The notes: generated by a model from the letters alone, not told the origin. A stretch of DNA of 64,000 nt from Gemmatimonadota bacterium (GCA_026387915.1 JAPLKS010000011.1:97145-161144), one strand, 5' to 3'; positions 18,772 to 26,995 are shown, numbered from the stretch's first letter. Program-made: numbers and translations.

Positions 18772-19838
18772 GAGCCAGCGCTCCGCGCAATCACACCCTG
18801 CTTCACGAGCACTTCGGCATTGAGAATGGAACCGCCCGCCGCGCCGCGGATGGTGTTGTGCGACATCGCCACCAAGCGTAGATGCAGAATATTGTCAGCG
18901 CGCACGCGCCCAACGGACGTGGTCATCCCCTTCCCGTCCATGACGTCGCGTCGCGGTTGCGGGCGATCGAGCTCGTCGCGTACGCGCAGCGGCACGTCTG
19001 GCGCCGACGGCAACCCCCGCACAATCTCCGCGCCACGCCATTCACGGAGCGCCGCGAGCGCTTGCTCCACGGTTGGCTTGGTTTCGAATCCGAGCGTCAG
19101 GCACATCGTGTGGCCATTTTCCACCGGCACGCGATTGGCGTGCGCACTCACCACGAACGGGGCGTACTCAATCGCCGAGCCGGTGAAGGTGCCGAGCATC
19201 TTTTGCATCTCGCGCTCGAGCTTGGGCTCTTCGTCGCCGATGTACGGCACGACGTTGCCCAGAATGTCGAGCGACGGCACGCCGGGATACCCACCACCCG
19301 ACACGGCTTGCATGGTCGTCACGAACAACTGGCGCACGCCAAAGCGCTCGTGCAACGGCGCCATCGCCACAACCGCGGTGGTGGAGGCACAGTTCGCGTT
19401 GGTGACAATTGCGCCGCTCCATCCGCGCCGCGCACGCTGCGTGGCGAGAATGTCCAAGTGCGACGCATTCACCTCAGGGATGACAAGTGGCACGTCGTCA
19501 TCCATCCGGTAGTTCTTGGCATTGCTGAGCACCACGCGCCCATCTTTGGCAAACGCCGGCTCAAGCTCTCCCGCTGCCGCCGCGTCGAGCGCCGAAAACA
19601 CCACCGGCGATTTCACGGACGTGGTGTCGCAGTTCGTCACAATGAGCGCGGCCACATCGGCCGGCATGTCGCCCTCGATCCAGCGCGTGGCGTCACGATA
19701 CGATTTGCCCGCCGAACGTTCGGAGGCCGCCACTTCGGCGACGCGAAACCACGGATGGCCGGCCAAGAGCCGGATGAACGTCTGCCCCACGGCACCAGTG
19801 GCGCCAAGAATGGCAACGGGAATGCGCGAATCGCTCAC
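18768..19838 (-). CDS. asd: aspartate-semialdehyde dehydrogenase
   Basis: VAILGATGAVGQ...NCASTT. Trimmed to GTG 19838, downstream of the preceding stop at 19846. Confidence 0.9.
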   Translation of the reverse strand: MSDSRIPVAILGATGAVGQTFIRLLAGHPWFRVAEVAASERSAGKSYRDATRWIEGDMPADVAALIVTNCDTTSVKSPVVFSALDAAAAGELEPAFAKDGRVVLSNAKNYRMDDDVPLVIPEVNASHLDILATQRARRGWSGAIVTNANCASTTAVVAMAPLHERFGVRQLFVTTMQAVSGGGYPGVPSLDILGNVVPYIGDEEPKLEREMQKMLGTFTGSAIEYAPFVVSAHANRVPVENGHTMCLTLGFETKPTVEQALAALREWRGAEIVRGLPSAPDVPLRVRDELDRPQPRRDVMDGKGMTTSVGRVRADNILHLRLVAMSHNTIRGAAGGSILNAEVLVKQGVIARSAGS

Positions 19839-19845
19839 AGCAGTC

Positions 19846-20841
19846 TCAGGAGTCAAGGAGCGACCGCACCAGTCGCTCGTAATGGTCAACGCTCGCGCGG
19901 AGTTCATCGAGGGCAATGAACTCTGTCGCGGTGTGCGCTACGTGAATCGAACCAGGACCGAACAACAGCGGGGTCCCCCAGCGCGGGAGCAACGGAATGT
20001 CGGATGTGTAGGCCATCGGTGCAGTGGCAAAGCCGGGCACCGTGTGAAACCGTTGTGCCGGAATGAACGACCCGTATTCGAGTTCGGCACGGCCCGCCGC
20101 CCACGCATCGAGTGCCTGTTGAACGGGCGCCACATCACCCACGAGGCGCACCATCAACTCCACTTCGCATAATCCGGGAATGATGTTGGTGGCACTGCCG
20201 CCGCGAATGAGTCCGGCGTTCACCGTCGTCGGCCCTAACGTGGGGTCGGTCGGAAGCGAAAGCGAGTCGAGCTCCGTCAGCAGTCGCGCCATTCCAAGAA
20301 TGGCCGAATCGCCTAGCTGTGGATACGCCGAGTGAGCCTCGCGTCCCCGCACGCGCACGGTGACGCGCAGCGCGCCTTTGCAACCGCTGGCCAGCCGGCT
20401 CTCCGTGGGTTCGCCATTGATCAGAAAACGACTCGTGGCCGGGAGAGTGTTGGCGGCACGCGCACCATCCGAACCGCGCTCCTCGCCCACCACGAACAAT
20501 AAATCCACCCGTTCCTCACCCGCCGCCGCGAGGCGCTCGGCCGCGACCATCATGGCGGCGGCAATTCCTTTGGCATCGCAGGCACCGCGACCGTAGAGAC
20601 GGTCGGACTCAAGGCGCGGCGCGACATACGGAGGCACGGTATCGAGATGCGTAGAGAGCGTGACGCCACCGCCCCTCCGCGACGCCCACACATTGCCGCG
20701 CCCAGGGGTGACTTCCTGCACGGTCACCTCCCACCCACGCGCCGTCAGCCACTGTGCCACGAACTCCACAGCCGCCGTTTCCTCTCGCGAGGTTGACGGA
20801 ACAGCCAGTAACTCGGCGGCGAGGGCAACGACGTCGGTCAT
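19846..20841 (-). CDS. M20-family metallopeptidase (succinyl-diaminopimelate desuccinylase / acetylornithine deacetylase-like)
   Basis: MTDVVALAAELLAVPSTSREE...HLDTVP...GACDAKG...EERG. Heads the asd-lysC-dap chain. Trimmed to ATG 20841. Confidence 0.8.
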   Translation of the reverse strand: MTDVVALAAELLAVPSTSREETAAVEFVAQWLTARGWEVTVQEVTPGRGNVWASRRGGGVTLSTHLDTVPPYVAPRLESDRLYGRGACDAKGIAAAMMVAAERLAAAGEERVDLLFVVGEERGSDGARAANTLPATSRFLINGEPTESRLASGCKGALRVTVRVRGREAHSAYPQLGDSAILGMARLLTELDSLSLPTDPTLGPTTVNAGLIRGGSATNIIPGLCEVELMVRLVGDVAPVQQALDAWAAGRAELEYGSFIPAQRFHTVPGFATAPMAYTSDIPLLPRWGTPLLFGPGSIHVAHTATEFIALDELRASVDHYERLVRSLLDS

Positions 20842-20954
20842 AGGATGCAATGTATACAAAACGCGCGATTCATTGTAGCTGTGAGCCATACGGAGATCGC
20901 ACGGTCGCTTGACTCCGCGCCACAGGTCGCCCATCATTTTGGAGCGAGGCTGCT

Positions 20955-21008
20955 GGTCGGCGATGGAGTTCGCCGTAACCGCCCGGGTTGGGCTGATGAC
21001 TCCTACGG
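20955..21008 (+). promoter_or_regulatory. fluoride riboswitch (crcB motif) aptamer
   Basis: GGCGAUGGAGUUCGCCGUAACCGCCCGGGUUGGGCUGAUGACUCCUAC. P1 is GGCG/CGCC, P3 is GCCC/GGGC, the pseudoknot is GGAGU/ACUCC, and the UGAUGA core is conserved. Sits directly upstream of crcB. Confidence 0.9.
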
Positions 21009-21031
21009 ACCACCTCCGGAGGAGATTTTTT

Positions 21032-21436
21032 ATGCCCACGAATGGATTCGACGCGAAAGTACTCGGCCTGATCGGCTTGGGAAGCGCCGTCGGCGGGGTG
21101 AGCCGCTTTGTCCTTGGCACGCTCGTGCAGGCACGCACCGGAATGGGCTTTCCCTACGGCACACTGCTCATCAACGTGAGCGGTTCGCTGCTCCTCGGGT
21201 TCCTCATGCGGTACTCGCTCGGCTCCACGAGCCTCTCGCCGGACCTGCGAGCCATGCTCACGGTCGGCTTTTGCGGCGGGTACACGACCTTCTCGACGTT
21301 CTCGTACGAGACGATGTCCTTGATGGAGTACGGTGACTATCGGCGCGCGGCTGGCTATGTGACGGCAAGCGTTGTGCTGTCAGTGCTCGGCACCTTTGCC
21401 GGCGTGGCGCTTGCTCGCGCCGTGCTTGAGCGCTGA
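21032..21436 (+). CDS. crcB: fluoride ion channel CrcB/FluC
   Basis: GLGSAVGGVSRF...FPYGTLLINVSGSLLLGF...GFCGGYTTFSTFSYE. ATG 21032 is preceded by the SD GGAGGAG. Confidence 0.92.
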   Translation: MPTNGFDAKVLGLIGLGSAVGGVSRFVLGTLVQARTGMGFPYGTLLINVSGSLLLGFLMRYSLGSTSLSPDLRAMLTVGFCGGYTTFSTFSYETMSLMEYGDYRRAAGYVTASVVLSVLGTFAGVALARAVLER

Positions 21437-21451
21437 CAGCACACGCTTCGA

Positions 21452-22090
21452 CTACCGTTTTCGTTCGCGGCGCTCGTCCGCCTCCGATTCGCCTCCCCGC
21501 TCGCCGCCCTTCGCTCCTTCCGCGGCGGCACCCTTCGCCCCTTCCGCAGCGCCTCCTACCCCCGCCCCTCCAGTCGTCGCTGACTGCGAAATCGCAGCAC
21601 CTGCGCCGTGTTCATACACCAGCGATCCGCCGCTCTTGCCGACGCGTGCGCCCGCTATGATCAGCGCCACCGACGACACGGTCGCCACCGTTCGCACCAC
21701 GCCTGCAGCACGACCACTCACGACGCCGGCGGCGGTCAATACCAGCACGACTCCGGACAGAATGAGGAACAGCTCAGCTGCCTCTTCGTGGTTCTCAATC
21801 ACCGACTCCGACACCTGTTTTTCAACCGCCTCCCCCTGCTCTTTGCCGGTCTGAAGCGCGGCCCAAGCCGACAGCGTGAGCGCGGCTGCAAAGGCCACGG
21901 GGACGGCCCAGGCCATGCGCACCGCGGTGCCACGACGGATTGCCCAGAGGGCGACCAGGGCGGAGATTGGGAGAAGAAACATCAGCACGATTGGGAAATG
22001 CACGACAGCAGGATGCAGTGGATCGGGCAACACGGGGATCTCCGATGTGAGGTTGGAGGCAACCTGCTGCCCTTCGGCGGCTCGCACCAT
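21452..22090 (-). CDS. DUF2231-like polytopic membrane protein with Gly/Ala repeat and charged tail
   Basis: LHPAVVHFPIVLMF motif and about 4 hydrophobic helices. C-terminal AAEGAKG repeats followed by ERRERKR. ATG 22090 preferred over the TTG at 22135. Confidence 0.7.
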   Translation of the reverse strand: MVRAAEGQQVASNLTSEIPVLPDPLHPAVVHFPIVLMFLLPISALVALWAIRRGTAVRMAWAVPVAFAAALTLSAWAALQTGKEQGEAVEKQVSESVIENHEEAAELFLILSGVVLVLTAAGVVSGRAAGVVRTVATVSSVALIIAGARVGKSGGSLVYEHGAGAAISQSATTGGAGVGGAAEGAKGAAAEGAKGGERGGESEADERRERKR

Positions 22091-22107
22091 CCGACATTCG
22101 ACGCGAT

Positions 22108-22686
22108 ATGACCCGATTTTCGCTCCCTCCGGCAAATGACGTACCCCCAGACGCCCTCGACGACGGGGGCGCCCCCCTGCCGATCTCGCTGGCGGCCATG
22201 CTGGCGGTCATCGGCCTCGGTGGGATTACCGATCTCGTCCTCGACAAACCGGCCACCTGGTTGTCCCTCCACGTGCTATTCGAGGTCGTCATGGTCGTGG
22301 CGTCGGCCAGCGGCGCGGCGGTGCTCTGGCTGCGTTGGCGACGCGCCGAGCAGTCGGCCGGCACGTTACGCACCACGATGGAGTCGCACCGCGCCGAACG
22401 CGATGCGTGGCGCCTCAGCGCACAGTCCGCGCTCGACGGCCTCGGCCGCGCTATCAACGAACGGTTCAGCGCATGGGAGCTCACCCCCACCGAACGCGAA
22501 GTCGCGCTCCTCCTGCTCAAGGGAGAGAGTCACAAACGCATTGCCTCATTCACCAACCGCAGTGAGCGCACGGTGCGGCAACACGCGGTAGCGGTGTACA
22601 ACAAGTCTGGACTCCACGGACGCGCGGAACTCGCCGCGTTCTTCTTGCAGGATTTGCTCCTGCCGGCTGACGAGCGCGCACAATAG
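22108..22686 (+). CDS. membrane-anchored LuxR-family (GerE HTH) transcriptional regulator
   Basis: Two N-terminal hydrophobic helices and a predicted helical linker. C-terminal LTPTEREVALLLLKGESHKRIA...SERTVRQHAVAVYNKSG. Start uncertain (alternative Met at 22198). Confidence 0.75.
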   Translation: MTRFSLPPANDVPPDALDDGGAPLPISLAAMLAVIGLGGITDLVLDKPATWLSLHVLFEVVMVVASASGAAVLWLRWRRAEQSAGTLRTTMESHRAERDAWRLSAQSALDGLGRAINERFSAWELTPTEREVALLLLKGESHKRIASFTNRSERTVRQHAVAVYNKSGLHGRAELAAFFLQDLLLPADERAQ

Positions 22687-22725
22687 GCCGCACGTGGCAC
22701 CCCCACCCCTCACCCTGATGGCCTC

Positions 22726-23970
22726 ATGAACGTTAGCGGACTCATCCGACGCGCTGGACTTGGCACCGCGTGTCTCACCATCGGCGTTCGCGCACAGGCG
22801 CAGGCACCGATGCCTCGCCCCGACATCGCCATCACGCATGCGAATGTCGTGGATGTTGCGACGGGCACTATCACCCGCAACGCGACCGTCGTACTCCACA
22901 ATGGACTGATTGCGTCGATCGGCATGGGCGCAGCTCCCGCTGGCGCTACGCACATCGACCTCGCGGGCAAGTACCTGGTGCCTGGGCTGATCGACGCCCA
23001 CACGCACTTGGACAATGCCGCGGCCGCGCGACGAGCGCTGGAAACCGGTGTGACGACCGCGCGCAGCGCGAGCGTCGGCTCGTTCAAGGACGTGGCCTTA
23101 CGCGATCTGGCGCGAGCGGGCTACGTCGTGGGCCCTGAGCTCCTCGCCGCCGGCATCTTTGTGACGCCAGACATCGGCGATGCCGCACTCGCGGATACCG
23201 GACTCGGCCCACTGATGAGTGGCGTACGCACTCCGGAGCAGTTGCGCGCCCTGGTGCGCGTGAATCTCCGTCACGGTGTGGATGTGATCAAAACCCGTGG
23301 CACGGAACGCGCCGGAACGCCGACCACCGACCCGCGCCAGCAGGTGTACACCGAGGAAGAATTGCGTGCGGTGGTGGAAGAAGCCGCCACGAAGGGGGTG
23401 CCCGTCATGGCGCACGCGCACGGCGACGAGGGCGCGTATGCAGCGGTCAAGGCCGGCGTGCGCAGCATTGAACATGGCACCTATCTCTCTGACTCGACCC
23501 TCGCGTTGATGAAAGCGCGCGGCACCTGGTTCGTCCCCACTTTTAGCACGCTGTATGACTTGCTGGAGCCGGGCGGCGACTACGATGACCCCGTTACGCA
23601 CGCGCGTGCCATGCACATGATTCCTCGCGCCAAACGCACGATCCTCGAGGCGCGCCGCTTGGGCATCAAGATCGCGGCCGGTGCAGACGTGAGCTACACC
23701 GACAAGACCGTCAATCGCGTGTCGCACGAGGTGGCACGGTTTGTGGAGATCGGCTTTACGCCCCTTGAAGCGCTGCAAACGGCGACGGTGAACGCCGCCG
23801 AGCTGCTTGGCATTGGCGCGCGCACCGGGCGCATTGCCGTGGGACTCGAAGCCGACCTCCTCGCGGTGGAGGAAAACCCGCTCGTCAACGCGGTCACCCT
23901 TCAGGACGTCTTGTTAGTGATCAGCAACGGTCGCGTCGGCCTGAACCGACTCAACTTCTCGAGACGATAA
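22726..23970 (+). CDS. secreted metal-dependent amidohydrolase (amidohydrolase-1 superfamily)
   Basis: Signal peptide. LVPGLIDAHTHL, AHAHG, IEHG. Confidence 0.8.
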   Translation: MNVSGLIRRAGLGTACLTIGVRAQAQAPMPRPDIAITHANVVDVATGTITRNATVVLHNGLIASIGMGAAPAGATHIDLAGKYLVPGLIDAHTHLDNAAAARRALETGVTTARSASVGSFKDVALRDLARAGYVVGPELLAAGIFVTPDIGDAALADTGLGPLMSGVRTPEQLRALVRVNLRHGVDVIKTRGTERAGTPTTDPRQQVYTEEELRAVVEEAATKGVPVMAHAHGDEGAYAAVKAGVRSIEHGTYLSDSTLALMKARGTWFVPTFSTLYDLLEPGGDYDDPVTHARAMHMIPRAKRTILEARRLGIKIAAGADVSYTDKTVNRVSHEVARFVEIGFTPLEALQTATVNAAELLGIGARTGRIAVGLEADLLAVEENPLVNAVTLQDVLLVISNGRVGLNRLNFSRR

Positions 23971-23974
23971 TCGC

Positions 23975-25426
23975 ATGCTCCCCTTTGACTTTCGGCCTAT
24001 CGCCATCGCCGCGCTGTTCGTGCCGTTCGCTGCATTCACCACAACGTTGCGCGCGCAGGACACGCCCGCCGAGCGCGCCGCAGGCGCCGACGTGGTGAAG
24101 CAGATGGCCGCGCTCCAGCGCACGCTCGATGTCCCAGCGCTCGTGGCGAAACTGACGGGCGCCAACCCCGCCCGCGACGCCATAGCCGCTCGCGCCAAAA
24201 CATTGATGGACACCGAACTCCTCGCGATGGCCGACGACATCGCCCGCCATCCAGAGGTCGGCTTCAAAGAAGAGCGTTCGGTGCGCGTGCTCACCGACTA
24301 TCTCAAAGCGCATGACTTTGACGTGACCATCGGTGTCGCCGGACTGCAGACCGCCTTCGTGGCGCGCTACCGCCGCGGCACGCCGGGTCCGAACCTTGGC
24401 ATCATTCTCGAATACGACGCGCTCCGTGGCACCAAAGGCGATTTCCACGGCGACCAGCACAGCGCCCAAGGACCAACGGGCATCGCTGCGGGGATTGCCG
24501 TGGCCGAGTTCCTCGCGCGGAGCAAGACGCCTGGCACCGTCACGTTTTACGGAACGCCCGCTGAGGAGATGATGCCACCGCCGTCCAAGACGGTGATGCA
24601 CGAGGCGCACGTGTTTGATGGCGCCGCTGTGATTGTCCGCTCGCACTCCAGCATGGGAACGCAACGCGCCGCGCATGGCTTTGGCTCGTGCTGCCTCAAC
24701 ATTGACGGGGTGAAATACACCTTCTCCGGCGCACCCGCGCACCAGATGACCCCGTGGGAAGGACGCGACGCGCTCACGGCCGCGATTCACCTGTTCAACA
24801 ATGTGGACGCGATTCGCCGCAACCTGCGTCCCGAAGCGCGCATTCAGGGCATCATCACCGAGGGGGGCAAGGCGCCAAACGTCGTCCCTGACCGCGCGGT
24901 GGCCGACTTCTACGTGCGCTATCCGGACCAAGTCTATTTGGCGCAGGTGCGTGAGATGGTGGACAACGCCGCCCGCGCCGCCGCGCTCGCCACCGGCACT
25001 GTGGTGAAGATTGAGCCCTACGGCAGCATGCGCGATGGCATTTCGTCGGCCGCGCTCAATGAGGTGGCGTTCGGCTACCTCAAGAAATACGGCGGCACCA
25101 AGGTTCAAGAGGAACCCGGCAAACCGCAGGGTTACGAAGAGACCGGTAGCGTGTCGAGCGCCATCCCGGGCGTCGGATTCTCGGCGCACACTTCAAACGG
25201 CGGTTTCCACACGTACGAAATGGAAGCCGACGGACTCGGCGCGGTTGGACATCAGGGTTTTGTGGTGGACGCGCAGGCGATGGCGTCGCTACTCTATGAC
25301 TTTGCGACGCGCGCGGACTACCGCGCGGCCGTCAAACGGGAGTTCGATACCACGCGCGCGCTGTTCGGCGAGTACATCGCGGCGCTCGACAAAGCGTATC
25401 CGAAGCCGGTGGTCAAGGCTCCGTAA
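23975..25426 (+). CDS. secreted M20/M25/M40-family amidohydrolase (AbgB-like)
   Basis: Signal peptide. EERSVRVLTDYLKAHDF, GTPAEE. Only 4 nt after the previous stop. Confidence 0.75.
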   Translation: MLPFDFRPIAIAALFVPFAAFTTTLRAQDTPAERAAGADVVKQMAALQRTLDVPALVAKLTGANPARDAIAARAKTLMDTELLAMADDIARHPEVGFKEERSVRVLTDYLKAHDFDVTIGVAGLQTAFVARYRRGTPGPNLGIILEYDALRGTKGDFHGDQHSAQGPTGIAAGIAVAEFLARSKTPGTVTFYGTPAEEMMPPPSKTVMHEAHVFDGAAVIVRSHSSMGTQRAAHGFGSCCLNIDGVKYTFSGAPAHQMTPWEGRDALTAAIHLFNNVDAIRRNLRPEARIQGIITEGGKAPNVVPDRAVADFYVRYPDQVYLAQVREMVDNAARAAALATGTVVKIEPYGSMRDGISSAALNEVAFGYLKKYGGTKVQEEPGKPQGYEETGSVSSAIPGVGFSAHTSNGGFHTYEMEADGLGAVGHQGFVVDAQAMASLLYDFATRADYRAAVKREFDTTRALFGEYIAALDKAYPKPVVKAP

Positions 25427-25456
25427 GCTTCGCGGTGGTAGCGCCGTGACGACGAA

Positions 25457-25490
25457 GGGTCACCGCACGTGCGGTGGCCCTTTCGGTTTT
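25457..25490 (+). terminator. intrinsic terminator after the M20 gene
   Basis: gggtcaccgc-acgt-gcggtggccc stem, followed by TTTCGGTTTT. Confidence 0.8.
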
Positions 25491-25522
25491 CGCGAGTTGT
25501 TGATACCGGCTTGGTGAAGGTC

Positions 25523-25921
25523 TCAGACCGGCGGTGGCGCCATCCTCAAAGACTCTCGAAAGTTGTCAAGGAAGATCTCAGATAACGCTCGCGGAACACT
25601 CTCCGTTGGATGGGAGATCGACCGGAGAAACCTCTCGTTGAACACGCCCTCTAACCCAGGGTGCGGCGGCATATTCCGGTTCGTGCCGAACGTCCAGTTG
25701 TGATGCGTGCGCTTTGTGATCTGCCAGTCAATCACCACCGAGACGCCTGTGGTCGCATCCTCCTGCATGGCATTGGCCAGTAGCGCGTCGATCGTCGCCG
25801 GCTTCCCTTCGACCACATGAATGATGTTTTCGCGTCCGCAGAGGAGGACGCCGGTGACCTCGGCTCGGTCGCACCGGCCCTTGCACCGCCTCACTCGATT
25901 CATCAACTCACGGTCGGACAA
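25523..25921 (-). CDS. BLUF-fold-like small protein, degenerate (possibly 5'-eroded)
   Basis: The core EVTGVLLCGRENIIHVVEG...DWQITKRTHHNWTFG lines up without gaps against the BLUF pattern ITGxL..FxQxLEG...IxxRxFxxWxM. TTG start. GC visibly lower than the neighbouring genes. Confidence 0.45.
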   Translation of the reverse strand: MSDRELMNRVRRCKGRCDRAEVTGVLLCGRENIIHVVEGKPATIDALLANAMQEDATTGVSVVIDWQITKRTHHNWTFGTNRNMPPHPGLEGVFNERFLRSISHPTESVPRALSEIFLDNFRESLRMAPPPV

Positions 25922-26292
25922 CAGTAGAACAAAATGAGCGAGTGTAGATAACCTGACGCATGTCTGGAAGTCGGACGAGGAGAATGCGGCGGAGCATCGC
26001 GCCGACTACAGTGCGCGCAGCGAGGAACGAGGTGAATGAATCCGTCGCCTCCGTGCCACGCAATGCAACTCCTGTCTACGTAAAATCCCGACCCACATTG
26101 TCGTCTTTGATGAACGTGCCATGGAAGGTTTTATTCGACATTCGCATGACCATACGCTCTTCGAATAGCGATGAGGAAAGCTAGACGGAAGTTGCCCTAA
26201 TGGAACGATGCCCTGCCCATCAGTTACTTCGACCTTGAGCCTCAGGTTATCCATCACGGAATCGCCGCTGGAGCCAAACGAATCAGTTGTAG

Positions 26293-26337
26293 TACCGAGG
26301 CTGAGAATCGAACCCAGCTGACCTTGCGCGCAAGGGA
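26293..26337 (-). pseudogene. tRNA-Leu 3' half (variable arm + T arm + acceptor 3' strand), no 5' half
   Basis: Minus strand reads TCCCTTGCGCGCAAGGTCAGCTGGGTTCGATTCTCAGCCTCGGTA. By hand, 40 of 45 positions match the intact tRNA-Leu at 26996-27040. No matching acceptor 5' strand or anticodon stem upstream. Confidence 0.8.
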
Positions 26338-26463
26338 CTAATAGTTCGGGGTCAGTCGGTCGCCACTGCGTGCCGATCCCGTGTTTCGCGGTCTATCCGG
26401 TATCCGAGCAACCGATTGCGTCGTAGAATACATACTGTCCCTCCTTCCCTCGGGGCCAATGCC

Positions 26464-26922
26464 ATGCGCCTGTCATCGTACCGCCGCACGCTGTCCACGG
26501 CGCTGCTTCTTGCGCTGACCACCGCCTCCGGCTGCGGGATGGCCGCCGTGGCCTTCCACAACCCCACCGTGGAGCTCAAGGGGGTGCAGATGCGGGGTAT
26601 CGGGTTAATGGACGTTTTGCTCGACGTCTACAACCCCAACTACTCCGACTTCGAAGTCCGCAACGTCACCTACACGGTGTTCGCCGACTCGATCCAGGTG
26701 GTCAAGGGCGAAGTGACCGAGCGGGTAAAGCTGCCGGGGAAGAAGACGACCACGGTGAGGCTGCCGCTGACCTTTGGCGTCCGCGAGCTGAACAAGGCTT
26801 CGGGCGCGCTGTCCCAGCGGGGGAGCGTGGAATACACGGTGGAGGGGGAGTTCAGCATGGCCACGTCGCTCGGCTGGTTCCGGCGGACGTACAGGACTTC
26901 GGGGCGCTACGACTCGCTCTGA
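26464..26922 (+). CDS. LEA_2 / WHy-domain (LEA14-like) lipoprotein
   Basis: Lipobox LTTASGC. NPTVELKGVQMRGIG...LDVYNPNYSDFEVRNVTYTVF. Trimmed to ATG 26464. Confidence 0.75.
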   Translation: MRLSSYRRTLSTALLLALTTASGCGMAAVAFHNPTVELKGVQMRGIGLMDVLLDVYNPNYSDFEVRNVTYTVFADSIQVVKGEVTERVKLPGKKTTTVRLPLTFGVRELNKASGALSQRGSVEYTVEGEFSMATSLGWFRRTYRTSGRYDSL

Positions 26923-26995
26923 CGCTGACGTTCCGGCGCTGTCCGAAGACCAAGGAAGTACTTCCGGTCCCGCGTAACTCATTGTCCTGCAACAG

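Noticed and set aside
17398-19512. 704-aa plus-strand ORF
   Set aside because: Antisense shadow of lysC and asd. Arg/Gly/His-rich, with no recognisable motif.
19846-21138. Long 5' extensions of track ORFs (here the M20 gene; likewise pyrH, rplM, cmk, aroA, asd, recN, rny, rsmA, coaD, dnaG, recJ, STAS, rex)
   Set aside because: The extensions overlap the preceding gene or a regulatory element and add non-homologous, Arg/Pro-rich residues. Internal ATG/GTG/TTG starts give canonical N-termini and the 1-4 nt coupling pattern seen throughout the window.
21470-21570. Short tandem DNA repeats, considered as a CRISPR or VNTR locus
   Set aside because: They are in frame within the DUF2231 gene and encode AAEGAKG-type low-complexity repeats. 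There is no spacer/repeat architecture.
23951-25189. 412-aa minus-strand ORF
   Set aside because: Antisense shadow of the M20 amidohydrolase gene. Its composition is not protein-like.
25960-26257. 74-aa (+) and 83-aa (-) ORFs in the lower-GC spacer as small genes
   Set aside because: No SD, overlapping each other on opposite strands, Arg/Ser-rich implausible sequences, and no motif.
26293-26337. Possibility that the tRNA-like segment is a functional third tRNA
   Set aside because: Only the variable arm, T arm and acceptor 3' strand are present. Upstream there is no complementary acceptor 5' strand, no D arm and no anticodon stem.
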